Positions 39,774 to 49,461 of a DNA stretch of 64,000 nt are shown here, one piece after another (the first letter of the stretch is position 1; every line of letters begins with the position of its first letter). This stretch comes from Spirochaetia bacterium. GTDB taxonomy: Bacteria > Spirochaetota > Spirochaetia > CADAEX01. Below the pieces are notes generated by a model, which worked only from the letters and a program-made list of their open reading frames with translations, had not been told where the DNA came from and made no database searches. Location: the NCBI GenBank assembly GCA_963662265.2, contig CAXXHA010000035.1:96001-160000 (forward strand), written 5' to 3'. The translations under genes were made by a program, and so were the position numbers.

Positions 39774-39834
39774 CAGGGAAATTATTTAATGTATTTTTCT
39801 GAATAAAAAGATTTAAAGTTTAATTTGCAGACCG

Positions 39835-39868
39835 CCATACACATCAGCCTGCGGCGGAATTGTTGATT
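39835..39868. repeat. Short dispersed repeat, copy 2 of 3
   Basis: CCATA-N6-AGCCTGCGGCGGAATTGTTGATT. Confidence 0.55.
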
Positions 39869-39948
39869 ATATGGTTTTGCTGATTTCTGCAGGAAGTTTA
39901 AAAAGCTCAGGAGCAGATTCCGTGAATTGCGGAATCTGCTTTTTTAAG

Positions 39949-40833
39949 TTAACTTTCAGACTCTGTAAGTCTTATTCCATCTTCCTCAATACTTATTTTT
40001 TTCTTTTTGTAGAGTGTTCCTGTTACCCTTTTAAAGCTTTTCTTACTCATGTGAAGTGTTTCCCTTATTTCATCTGGAGAGCTTTTATCATGAAGAGGGA
40101 GAAATCCGTTGTTGAGTTCAAGCGTCCTTATTAGTTTCTGCTCAGCTTCGGCGTTTGCTTCTGTAAAGCCCTGTTTGACAAGCGATGCGTCAATCCTTCC
40201 GTCATCTCTCAGCTTCTTTATATATCCTGTAAATCTGTCCCCTTTTTTAAGGGGTGAATAGATTTCATTCTGATATATTATCCCCCTGTATCTGTTGTTG
40301 ATGATTACATTGGCGCCCAGGTTTGTAAATTTATAAACAAGCATGTCTGCTTCATTGTTAGGTTCAAGCCCTTCAGCTTCTTCCTGTATATATTTTCCTA
40401 TTTCTGTTGTTGCGATAACGCTGTCTGATGATGGATCCTCTATTACATAGACAAGAAGCCTGTCCCCTTTTTTCGGAAGGTTTTCCGATTTTCCTTTTCC
40501 TCTCCATGTTGACGGGGAGGCGCTCTGAAAATACCTTTTTGGAAGAAAAAGGTCCTTGTCTATTCCCCAGTCGAGAAAAGCTCCGAATTCCGATACAGAG
40601 ACTACTTCCAGGTATCCGAATTCATTGATCTGTGCAAAAGGCTTTTTTGTTGTTGCGCATAATCCGTCATTGTTTTTATAGACAAATGCTTCGACAGTAC
40701 TTCCCGCAAGACTTCCTTCCGGAAGCTCTTTTGACCGTATAAAGATATTTCCGTATTTTTCCCCGTCGAGAAAACATTTTTTCCCTTTTATCTGCACAAT
40801 TTTTAATTCATTTATTTTTCCGATTTGTATCAT
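39949..40833 (-). CDS. CvfB-like S1 RNA-binding protein
   Basis: GAFLDWGIDKDLFLP, DKSSPDEI...MSKKSFKR winged helix. Confidence 0.9.
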   Translation of the reverse strand: MIQIGKINELKIVQIKGKKCFLDGEKYGNIFIRSKELPEGSLAGSTVEAFVYKNNDGLCATTKKPFAQINEFGYLEVVSVSEFGAFLDWGIDKDLFLPKRYFQSASPSTWRGKGKSENLPKKGDRLLVYVIEDPSSDSVIATTEIGKYIQEEAEGLEPNNEADMLVYKFTNLGANVIINNRYRGIIYQNEIYSPLKKGDRFTGYIKKLRDDGRIDASLVKQGFTEANAEAEQKLIRTLELNNGFLPLHDKSSPDEIRETLHMSKKSFKRVTGTLYKKKKISIEEDGIRLTESES

Positions 40834-41025
40834 ATTTCCTGCCTGCGGATATTATTATCTGCTGTTATTTTTAAAATTGTTTATAAATATTATCTGCCAT
40901 TAAAATTATCAAGGTCAAGTGTTACTTGTCATGTTTAACGTTTATGACTGGTTTAAATCAATTTATATTTCATTGTTTTGCTGAATACTGCTGACTGAGT
41001 TGTCAGTGAAGCTGTTTTTCTGAAA

Positions 41026-41634
41026 TCAGATAATCCCCTTGATAAATGACAGAAGAACATCAAGAGCCCTTTCGTTGTTTCCCCCTTCCGGGATAATAAT
41101 ATCTGCCTTTGTTTTAAGAGGCTCAATAAACTCCTGATGCCCCGGCCTGACATATTCCATATACTGTTCAATGACAGAATCGAGAGTTCTTCCCCTTTCC
41201 TCAATATCTCTTTTAAGTCTTCTTATGAAGCGTATATCATCGGGAGTGTCTATAAATATTTTGAGGTCTATGAGATCAAGTATTTTCTTTTCGGAAAATA
41301 TCATTATTCCTTCAAATATTACCAGTTTTCTCGGTTCTATCCTCACTGTTTCCTCTGTTCTTCTGTGGTGGACAAAATCATACTGCGGCATATCAATGCC
41401 TTTGAAATTTTTTAATGCTTTTAAATGCTTTCTTATGAGATCAGAATCAAACGCATCCGGATGGTCGAAGTTGAAAGCTGTAATATTGCTGTTATTCATA
41501 TATTCTGCCGACTTGTAGTAATTATCCTGGGGGATGAATACAAAGTCTTCAACTATTTCTCTGATTTTATTTACTATTGTTGTTTTTCCGGAACCTGAGC
41601 CTCCGGTTATTCCTATTACAAGTGCTTTATCCAT
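41026..41634 (-). CDS. udk: Uridine kinase
   Basis: [31 protein letters not shown]. Confidence 0.95.
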   Translation of the reverse strand: MDKALVIGITGGSGSGKTTIVNKIREIVEDFVFIPQDNYYKSAEYMNNSNITAFNFDHPDAFDSDLIRKHLKALKNFKGIDMPQYDFVHHRRTEETVRIEPRKLVIFEGIMIFSEKKILDLIDLKIFIDTPDDIRFIRRLKRDIEERGRTLDSVIEQYMEYVRPGHQEFIEPLKTKADIIIPEGGNNERALDVLLSFIKGII

Positions 41635-41749
41635 AAAGTTATATTATGACATGAGCAGGGCAGTGTAAAGATTTTACAACCTGATCCATCAATAATATTG
41701 TTGCTGATGAACCAGGCCTGGTTTTGAATTGCGGGTCCTGTCAAAATGA

Positions 41750-43039
41750 TCAGTCTACACAGATCTGTATTTCATTACTGGAGAGTTTTTTTCCGAAAGC
41801 ATCTCCCGGAATTGTGAGTTTTACCATTTCTCCCGGCAGGAGGTTTTTTTTCTTTACTGTGTAAATATCCCTGTCACCTGATTTAACCGAAAGAACACTG
41901 TCTCTGAATACTGTATTTACTCTCATGAAGACATCAAAACCTTTGCCGCTTTCAGGAGTTTTAATTTTCTGCGGTACTGTATATGAAATTCCATTTCCGT
42001 TTATTATGTTAATAACGGGGGTTGCGAATACTTTGTCATTCCCCTGTGTCTCTGTTTCTTCCTTTCTCTTTTTGTCCAGTGCTTTAATCCCTGCATGAAA
42101 GCCTGCCTTTCTGCTTTCCTCTGTGACAAAATCTACAAGGTCATGAACATGGACAACATTTCCGCATGCGAATATTCCGCTTACAGATGTCTCCATTTGT
42201 TCATTGACAACAAGACCTCCAGTCCTCTGGTCAATTTCTATGCCTGCTTCTCTTGAAAGTTCATTTTCCGGTATGAGGCCGACAGAAAGAAGAAGAGTGT
42301 CGCAGTCAAACTCGATTTCTGTCCCTTGAACCGGTTTTCTGTTTTTATCAACTCTTGATACTGTTATTTTCTCGATTTTCTCTTTCCCGTGAATGTTTGT
42401 AACTGTGTGTCCCAGGAAAAGCGGAATTCCGTAATGATCCAGGCACTGTACAATATTTCTTGAAAGACCATTGGAATAAGGCATTACTTCAACAACCCCT
42501 TTTACATCCGCTCCTTCAAGGGCAAGCCGCCTGGCCATGATAAGACCGATATCGCCTGAACCGAGTATGAAAACTTTTTTACCCACCATATACCCTTCAA
42601 TGTTTATAAACCGCTGGGCTGTTCCTGCTGTAAATATCCCTGCAGGTCTTGCGCCGGGTATGGCAATGGCTCCCCGTGTTCTCTCCCTGCAGCCCATTGC
42701 GAGAATTATCGATTTTCCGTGAACAGTCTGCATCCCGGTACTGCTTCCCAGGACTAAAACACTCTTTGATTCAGTTATTTTAAGCACCATTGTATCAAGC
42801 ATGAATTCAATGCCGGCTTCCTCTGCCATGTTTATGAACCTCTGGGCATATTCAGGTCCTGTAAGTTCCTCTTTAAATACATGAAGACCGAACCCGTTAT
42901 GAATACACTGCTGAAGAATTCCTCCCGGTTCAACATCTCTTTCTATAATCAATATTTTTGTACAGCCTGTTTTTTTTGCTTCTATCGCTGCAGCAAGTCC
43001 TGCAGGTCCCCCTCCGATTACAATCACCTCATAAGTCAT
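41750..43039 (-). CDS. NAD(P)/FAD-dependent oxidoreductase, G3PDH partner subunit (paralogue 2)
   Basis: GGGPAG, GGILQQCIHNGFG, AMGCRER, GSGDIG, CGNVVHVHDLVD. Confidence 0.9.
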   Translation of the reverse strand: MTYEVIVIGGGPAGLAAAIEAKKTGCTKILIIERDVEPGGILQQCIHNGFGLHVFKEELTGPEYAQRFINMAEEAGIEFMLDTMVLKITESKSVLVLGSSTGMQTVHGKSIILAMGCRERTRGAIAIPGARPAGIFTAGTAQRFINIEGYMVGKKVFILGSGDIGLIMARRLALEGADVKGVVEVMPYSNGLSRNIVQCLDHYGIPLFLGHTVTNIHGKEKIEKITVSRVDKNRKPVQGTEIEFDCDTLLLSVGLIPENELSREAGIEIDQRTGGLVVNEQMETSVSGIFACGNVVHVHDLVDFVTEESRKAGFHAGIKALDKKRKEETETQGNDKVFATPVINIINGNGISYTVPQKIKTPESGKGFDVFMRVNTVFRDSVLSVKSGDRDIYTVKKKNLLPGEMVKLTIPGDAFGKKLSSNEIQICVD

Positions 43040-43056
43040 TTTTTCCCCCTGTTAAT

Positions 43057-43119
43057 AAAAAAAGCCGGAGGGTCCTCTTCTGTTCTGAAGAAAACACCTC
43101 CGGCTCTCGTCTCTCCGCC
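43057..43119 (-). promoter_or_regulatory. GlpP-type antiterminator element plus terminator, copy 1
   Basis: GGCGGAGAGACGAGAGCC then AGCCGGAG/CTCCGGCT stem and T7. Confidence 0.8.
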
Positions 43120-43245
43120 GGATATATCAATATTTATTTTGTTGTTTCATCCGGTATTCTTTTTTATACCGGTACTGTTTTGCTTATATTTAACAGTAGT
43201 TTTCTGTTGCAGATCTCTGATTCTGCATACCCAGCTGTATATATT

Positions 43246-43596
43246 TCACATGTTTCTTGTTACAACTACATTCACCCCTGTATCAAATACATTTTCAAGA
43301 ACCACATCTCCCATGGTGACAGGCGAAGTCACTTCAACCTTGTTGATCAGCTTCATGATTTCAAACTTATACTTTTCAGGTATAGCTTTGTCTGTTTTTA
43401 CCGGTACTACCTTATGGATGCCTCCCCTTATTTTTACAGTTGAGCAGATCATTCTTGTAGGATTTGTAAGTTCCTCTTTTGCGTATAGAATCCCTCTTTT
43501 GCACTTATTGCCGGTTATTACAGGTTCTTCGGGAGTTCCCTCGATTTTAAGCCTGCATCCCATGGGGCATACAATACAGATAAGCTCATTTTTCAT
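43246..43596 (-). CDS. DUF1667 small CxxC subunit
   Basis: CIVCPMGC...GNKCKRG...PVKT. Confidence 0.9.
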   Translation of the reverse strand: MKNELICIVCPMGCRLKIEGTPEEPVITGNKCKRGILYAKEELTNPTRMICSTVKIRGGIHKVVPVKTDKAIPEKYKFEIMKLINKVEVTSPVTMGDVVLENVFDTGVNVVVTRNM

Positions 43597-43597
43597 T

Positions 43598-44866
43598 TCA
43601 GCCTTCCTCCTCAGACACAAGATTTATACTAATAACCCCTGTTGTATTTTCAAATGTCTCTTTTTTTACTGTTATTTTAATCATTTCTCCGGGGGTAAGA
43701 TGTCTCTCCTTGAATCTGGCAAGTTCCCGTCTGTTGTTTTCAAGAATAATCAATCTGTCGTTATAGACACGGTCGACTCTCATGAATATATCAAGCTTAT
43801 CAGGCAGGTTTGAATATCTGAATCTGTGCGGAACTGCATATGTGAGTCCTCCCGATGCTTTGAAGTATATATAATCCCCATCCCTTTTAAATTTTCCTTT
43901 AACATAGCTTGAAGCGTTTTTTCCGGCCCTTCTGCTTTCTGCAGTTACGAAATCCACAAGATCATGGACATGGACAACATTGCCGCATGCAAAAATACCT
44001 TCAACAGATGTTTCCATGCTCTCGTTCACAACAGGTCCACCTGTTTTCCTGTCTAGTTCTATACCTGCCTGTTTTGAGAGTTCATTTTCAGGTATCAGCC
44101 CTACAGAAAGAAGAACTGTATCGCATTCATATTCTTTCTCAGTTCCCGGGATAACCTGTTTGCTCATGTCAGTCTCTGCAATTATTACGCTTTCAACCCT
44201 TTCCTTTCCTTTTATCTCAACAATGTTGTGGCTCAAGAGGAGGGGGATGTCGTAGTGGTCAAGGCACTGAACAACATTTCTCGTTAGTCCCTTTGGAAAT
44301 GAGCTTCGCGCAACAACAGCTTTTACCTCACCTCCTTCGAGAACAATCCGTCTCGCCATGATCATCCCGATATCTCCTGATCCCAGTATTACCACCTTTT
44401 TCCCGACCATATAGCCTTCAATATTTATATACCGCTGTGCAGTCCCTGCTGTAAAAACACCTGCCGGTCTTTCCCCCGGGATTGATATAGCCCCTCTTGT
44501 CCTCTCCCTGCATCCCATGGCAAGAACAATTGATTCAGCGCTTATTTCTTTTTTACCGTGAGTATTCATTACCACAATCTCTTTACTGCTGTTTATTGAA
44601 GTAACTATTGTGTCGAGGAGTATTTCGATTTCATCATTAGTCGCCATGTTGATGAATTTCTGTGCATATTCAGGCCCTGTAAGTTCCTCCCTGAATTCGA
44701 ATAATCCGAAACCGTTATGGATACACTGCTGGAGAATTCCCCCCGGCTCTATATCCCTTTCAATGATGAGCACTCTGTCAATGCCGCTTCCTTTTGCTTC
44801 TATTGCAGCAGCAAGTCCTGCCGGACCTCCGCCGATTACAACAATATCGTATTTTTCTTTTTTCAT
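43598..44866 (-). CDS. NAD(P)/FAD-dependent oxidoreductase, G3PDH partner subunit (paralogue 1)
   Basis: Same motifs as 41750..43039; closely spaced within the operon. Confidence 0.9.
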   Translation of the reverse strand: MKKEKYDIVVIGGGPAGLAAAIEAKGSGIDRVLIIERDIEPGGILQQCIHNGFGLFEFREELTGPEYAQKFINMATNDEIEILLDTIVTSINSSKEIVVMNTHGKKEISAESIVLAMGCRERTRGAISIPGERPAGVFTAGTAQRYINIEGYMVGKKVVILGSGDIGMIMARRIVLEGGEVKAVVARSSFPKGLTRNVVQCLDHYDIPLLLSHNIVEIKGKERVESVIIAETDMSKQVIPGTEKEYECDTVLLSVGLIPENELSKQAGIELDRKTGGPVVNESMETSVEGIFACGNVVHVHDLVDFVTAESRRAGKNASSYVKGKFKRDGDYIYFKASGGLTYAVPHRFRYSNLPDKLDIFMRVDRVYNDRLIILENNRRELARFKERHLTPGEMIKITVKKETFENTTGVISINLVSEEEG

Positions 44867-44882
44867 GGCAAACGCCTCTCTG

Positions 44883-46310
44883 CTATTTTGTCTTTCCGGT
44901 CAGTATATAGGAATTCTTCTTCTCGAGAACAATTTCCTCCCGCGGTGTGTTAAGCTCTCTTGCGAGTATTTCCTGAACTTTCGGGCCGCAGAATCCACCC
45001 TGGCATCTTCCCATGCCTGGACGGCACCTCCGTTTTACTCCATCAAGTGTTTTTGCTCCAACCGGCCTGTGTATTGCATCAAGTATATCCCCTTCTGTGA
45101 TATTTTCACATCTGCAAATTATCCTGCCGTATAAGGGATTCTCTTTAAGAAGTTTTTTCTGTTCAGATTCGCTCCTCTCAAGAAAGAGTTTTCTTTCAAT
45201 ATTCGGATTGAAATCCTTCTTCTTTTTCATTGCCAGTCCCGCTTCTTCGAGAAGTTCAAGCACATAACGGGCTATTGCAGGGGCTGCTGTCAGGCCGGGA
45301 GACTTGATTCCCGCTACATCGAAGAAATTCTCAGTACCGGGAGCTTTTTTTATGATAAAATCTCCTGTATCCGGTTCTGCCCTCATTCCGGCAAAAGTCC
45401 TTATGCTGTTTCTTGTTGTTATTTCCGGGATCAGTTTCTTTGCCCCGCTGCTTGCCTTATCGAGCAGTTCTGAAGTTGTTGAAACATCTTCTGGATCTTC
45501 GAGATCGTCTGAAGAAGGGCCGAGTATCAGGTTCCCGTGAACAGTCGGTGTCACAAGTGTTCCTTTTCCCATTTTATCAGGGCACGGGAAAATAACTGAA
45601 TTAACCATACACCCTTCACATTTATCAAGCAGGAAGTACTGTCCCCTTCTGGGCTTTATTTTGAAATCCTCTTCTGCCGCCATATTGTGTATTTTGTCTG
45701 CAAATACGCCGGCAGCATTTACAACATATTCAGCTTCAACAGAATCTGAATAGCTTTTTATTATGTAATGAGTATCTTTTTTTTCGATTGACGATACACT
45801 GAAGTTGAGCTTGAGTTCACATCCGTTCATTACAGCGTTTTCAATCAGGGAAATTGTCAGGAGCATCGGATCAATTATTCCTGCTGTTTCAGCGAGCAGG
45901 GCCCCTTTTGCTTCCGGGTTTATATGGGGTTCCCTTTTTTTCAGTTCCCCGGCAGAGAGAATTTTCATTCCCTTTATTTTATTGTTTAGACCTCTCTGAT
46001 AGAGTTTTTTAATATGATCAATCTGTTCATCGTCATATGCAACTACGAGAGAACCTATTCTTTTAAACGGTACATCAAGTTCACTGCAGAGCCTGTCAAA
46101 CATGGGATTCCCCTCGGAATTGAATCTGGCCATCAGGGTGTTTTCTTCCGGATCATACCCGGCATGAATTATTGCGGAATTAGCTTTTGATGTTCCACAT
46201 GAAACATCATTTTCCTTGTCTATAACTATTACCTTGAGATTGAACCGGGAAAGATCTCTTGCAATTGCTGCTCCTGTGACTCCTGCTCCTATGATTGCAA
46301 CATCATACAT
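44883..46310 (-). CDS. FAD-dependent glycerol-3-phosphate dehydrogenase-like subunit with a C-terminal BFD-type 2Fe-2S domain
   Basis: GAGVTG, TSKANSAIIHAG, SPGLTAAP, CRCE...GRCQGGFC. Confidence 0.85.
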   Translation of the reverse strand: MYDVAIIGAGVTGAAIARDLSRFNLKVIVIDKENDVSCGTSKANSAIIHAGYDPEENTLMARFNSEGNPMFDRLCSELDVPFKRIGSLVVAYDDEQIDHIKKLYQRGLNNKIKGMKILSAGELKKREPHINPEAKGALLAETAGIIDPMLLTISLIENAVMNGCELKLNFSVSSIEKKDTHYIIKSYSDSVEAEYVVNAAGVFADKIHNMAAEEDFKIKPRRGQYFLLDKCEGCMVNSVIFPCPDKMGKGTLVTPTVHGNLILGPSSDDLEDPEDVSTTSELLDKASSGAKKLIPEITTRNSIRTFAGMRAEPDTGDFIIKKAPGTENFFDVAGIKSPGLTAAPAIARYVLELLEEAGLAMKKKKDFNPNIERKLFLERSESEQKKLLKENPLYGRIICRCENITEGDILDAIHRPVGAKTLDGVKRRCRPGMGRCQGGFCGPKVQEILARELNTPREEIVLEKKNSYILTGKTK

Positions 46311-46387
46311 ATAATATCCTCCAGAAAGGTATGCCGGATTACGGCACTATAAAATAACTTTAAACCAATTGATAAATCAAAAAAAGC

Positions 46388-46453
46388 AAAAAAAAGCCAG
46401 ATAAAAAGACACCTGTCCCGGTATCGTTTTATCTGGCTCTCTTTTCTCCAGCC
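46388..46453 (-). promoter_or_regulatory. GlpP-type antiterminator element plus terminator, copy 2
   Basis: GGCTGGAGAAAAGAGAGCC then a 12-bp AGCCAGATAAAA/TTTTATCTGGCT stem and T8. Confidence 0.85.
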
Positions 46454-46570
46454 ATGAAAACTATCATGATTTGATTTATTATATTATACCTGTTTATTCT
46501 TGTCAAATATATGTTACTATTAGCTTTAAACTACTAATTTTGATTTGATCCGGGGATATTTGTTCTGACT

Positions 46571-47713
46571 ATGATAATAAACATACTGAAATGGACAGGT
46601 TTTATTTATGCTTTGCTGCTGCTTGCAAGCCATGTTGCTGTACTTGCAGGTCTTGCTGTTGTGTTTCGAAAAGAGAATAAAGTAAAGCGATTAAAAAAAG
46701 ACACAGTCAAACACAGTGTTTCTGTAGTAATACCTGCACGTGATGAAGAGGCTAATCTGCCCAGGCTGTTCGCATCTCTCGAAAAACAGACATACAGCGA
46801 TTTTGAAATTGTGCTTGTAGATGACAGGTCGGAAGATGATACATATAAGGTAATGAAAAAATTCCAGTCGATACATCCTGACAGGGTGAAAATTATCAGG
46901 AATGAAAAGACTTTCTACAAAAAAAATCCAAAACAGATGGTTCTTGATATCGGAGCAAAAAATGCTTCAGGTGATATTCTCCTTTTTACAGATGCAGACT
47001 GCCGTGTTCCGGAAACATGGGTCGAGAGTATGTCGCATCCTTATAATGACGAGAAGACAGGGCTTGTATTCGGATCTGTGACAACAGGAGGAGGAAAAGG
47101 TCTTCTTGCTAATTTTCAGCGTTTTGATCACCTTCTGAGGTACCATTATACAGCAGCCTGTGCCGGTCTTAAAAATCCGACCGGGGGCTTCGGGAATAAT
47201 CTTTCGATCAGGGCAAAGGCTTTGTCTGATATCGGGGGATTTTCTGATATTGAATTCAGCGTTACTGAAGATGCCCAGCTTATTGCACGTGTCCGTGATA
47301 CAGGTAAATGGGTTATTGAAGCCAGATCTTCCTGGGATTCTACAGTGTTTACAACACCTGTAACTTCGTGGAAAGAGCTCTCTGTCCAGGAGCTCCGCTG
47401 GAGTACAGGTGCAGTGCATGCTCCTGACTGGAAAGCTTTTGCCGGATATGGTTTTGTAATGTACCAGCTTGCAACTGGTGTTTTTGCATTTATTCCCGCA
47501 CTTCTCAATCCCTTTTATTTCCACTTTCTTCTTTCAGGAATTTTAAGCATGCTTGTTGTTTCAACAGCAGTAGGGATACACCTGGGTATGGACAGGAAAT
47601 TCTGGTTTTATCTTGTGCCATCCCTTATAGTTGCAGAATTCCTGTTTCCAACTATTGTTCTCCTTGCAACATTCAAGCCTGTGATAATCTGGAAAGGGGA
47701 GAAGGTCTGCTAG
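46571..47713 (+). CDS. GT2 membrane glycosyltransferase
   Basis: VIPARDEE, DDRSED, FTDAD, TED, QELRW; N- and C-terminal TM helices. Confidence 0.88.
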   Translation: MIINILKWTGFIYALLLLASHVAVLAGLAVVFRKENKVKRLKKDTVKHSVSVVIPARDEEANLPRLFASLEKQTYSDFEIVLVDDRSEDDTYKVMKKFQSIHPDRVKIIRNEKTFYKKNPKQMVLDIGAKNASGDILLFTDADCRVPETWVESMSHPYNDEKTGLVFGSVTTGGGKGLLANFQRFDHLLRYHYTAACAGLKNPTGGFGNNLSIRAKALSDIGGFSDIEFSVTEDAQLIARVRDTGKWVIEARSSWDSTVFTTPVTSWKELSVQELRWSTGAVHAPDWKAFAGYGFVMYQLATGVFAFIPALLNPFYFHFLLSGILSMLVVSTAVGIHLGMDRKFWFYLVPSLIVAEFLFPTIVLLATFKPVIIWKGEKVC

Positions 47714-47831
47714 TTTGAGAACCGGAAGGCCTTTTTTCTTATAAAAGAAAAATCCGGATAGAATCTGTTCTCTTGATTCCTGTGTGAATGTGCTTGTAAA
47801 AATGCTATAATTAAGTTGTTGGAGATTCTTT

Positions 47832-48464
47832 ATGAAAATTATTGATTTGACTCATCCGTTATCTTCAGATATGCCTGTCTATCCAGGCACAGACCAGCCT
47901 CAGTTTAATTCCGGATGTACTTTTGAAAAAGACGGTTTCAGGGAAAAAGAGATAACAATGTTTTCTCATACCGGGACCCATATAGATGCTCCTGCCCACA
48001 TGCTTGAAAAGGGAAAGACCCTGGATAAATTCGGTACTGATAAATTTATTGGAAAAGGTTTTCTGCTTGACTGCCGGGGCAAGCCTGAAATTGATATTAA
48101 TCTGATTAAGGAACATGAAAAAAACATAAGGAAGGCAGATTTTCTTATCATAAATACAGGATGGAGCAGTTACTGGGGAATGGATAAATATTTTTCTGGA
48201 TTTCCTGTCCTGACACAAAAAGCTGCAAAGCTTGTTGCTGACTGCAGTCTTAAGGGATTTGGCTTTGATGCTATTTCTGCTGACCCGGTATCAACAGAAA
48301 GCTATGAAATACATAAAATACTGATGGCTCGGGAGATGATTCTGATAGAGAACCTTTGCAATCTTGACAGTATTAAGCATGAAAAATTTGTTTTTTCCTG
48401 TTTCCCCCTCAATATACAGGATGCTGACGGATCTCCTGTAAGGGCGGTTGCTCTTGCGGAATAA
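47832..48464 (+). CDS. Cyclase/kynurenine formamidase-like metallohydrolase
   Basis: HTGTHIDAPAH, IENL, DGSPVRA. Confidence 0.9.
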   Translation: MKIIDLTHPLSSDMPVYPGTDQPQFNSGCTFEKDGFREKEITMFSHTGTHIDAPAHMLEKGKTLDKFGTDKFIGKGFLLDCRGKPEIDINLIKEHEKNIRKADFLIINTGWSSYWGMDKYFSGFPVLTQKAAKLVADCSLKGFGFDAISADPVSTESYEIHKILMAREMILIENLCNLDSIKHEKFVFSCFPLNIQDADGSPVRAVALAE

Positions 48465-48582
48465 GCAAAACAGGATATTGATTGTTTCATGATTATATAT
48501 GGAACTCCTTTTTAAACTGCTTTTTTTTAATGAAAAAGTATAAAAAACCGCTTGTAATATAAAAAGTAAATGGTTCAGTTTA

Positions 48583-49149
48583 TTACATATACCATGTGTC
48601 GTATCGTGTTGTTGAAACGCTGCAGGCGCCGGCGTTGAGTGCTGCCATTATATCTTCCCTGTCTGTTATAAGCCCTCCCGCTATTACAGGAGTTGAAGTT
48701 GAATCTGAAAACTGCTTTATAACTTTAGGCATCAGTCCCGGAAGTATTTCAATCGCATCCGGTTTGTAATCTTTAATAGCCTTGAAGCCGGATTCTATGG
48801 AAAGTGAATCAAGAATGAAAAATCTCTGAACTACAAAAATATTCCTTTCCCTTGCTGCTTTTACCAGTGTTGTCTTTGTTGTTATAATGCCGTCAGTGTT
48901 AGTTGCATCTGCAAGATAATCAAGTGCGTGTACAGATCTTGCAAGTCCATCAACAAGGTCAAAATGGACAAAAGCAAGCTTCCCGGAATCTTTAATTTTT
49001 TTTACCATATCCGGAATTGTTGTTATTGTGGAAGTCAGTATAAATATTATTTCATTATCTGTATTGACCGCCTCTTTGATATCTTCTTCTGTTTTTACAG
49101 CAGGTATAATAGGATTGTTTCTGAATATTTCTATAAATTTTCTGTTCAT
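48583..49149 (-). CDS. glpP: Glycerol-3-phosphate-responsive antiterminator
   Basis: FVHFDLVDGL, GIITTK, QRFFILDS, EILPG, PVIAGGLI, SVSTT. Confidence 0.93.
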   Translation of the reverse strand: MNRKFIEIFRNNPIIPAVKTEEDIKEAVNTDNEIIFILTSTITTIPDMVKKIKDSGKLAFVHFDLVDGLARSVHALDYLADATNTDGIITTKTTLVKAARERNIFVVQRFFILDSLSIESGFKAIKDYKPDAIEILPGLMPKVIKQFSDSTSTPVIAGGLITDREDIMAALNAGACSVSTTRYDTWYM

Positions 49150-49272
49150 ATTTTAATATTATTTATTATGAAAATGATGTCAAACCTTTAGTTGCTGAAA
49201 TAACGATAAAAAATAATCAAAAAACATTTGACAGATCAGAAAGGCGCATGTTTAAATATTATAGCAATACGA

Positions 49273-49340
49273 GGCAGAGAGTAAGAGAGCCGTAGAGTAT
49301 GTCAGATAGGGATATCTGTATATTCTACGGCTCTTTTTTT
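49273..49340 (+). promoter_or_regulatory. GlpP-type antiterminator element plus terminator, copy 3
   Basis: GGCAGAGAGTAAGAGAGCC then GAGCCGTAGAGTAT/ATATTCTACGGCTC stem and T7; TTGACA at 49228. Confidence 0.85.
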
Positions 49341-49461
49341 GATAAATATTTGTTGAGTTTTTAGAGTTTTAATGAAAAATTAAAAAATTCTTACGATAAC
49401 TTAATTTGGGTATATAATGTATTTATGTAAAAATACATTTACAAATCAAAAGGGGGATTTA

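Noticed and set aside
42881-43813. 310-aa plus-strand ORF
   Set aside because: Antisense to three well-supported genes and a regulatory hairpin; composition is not protein-like.
46571-48464. GT2 and cyclase-family genes as members of the GlpP regulon
   Set aside because: They lie within the region but have no copy of the element upstream on their own strand.
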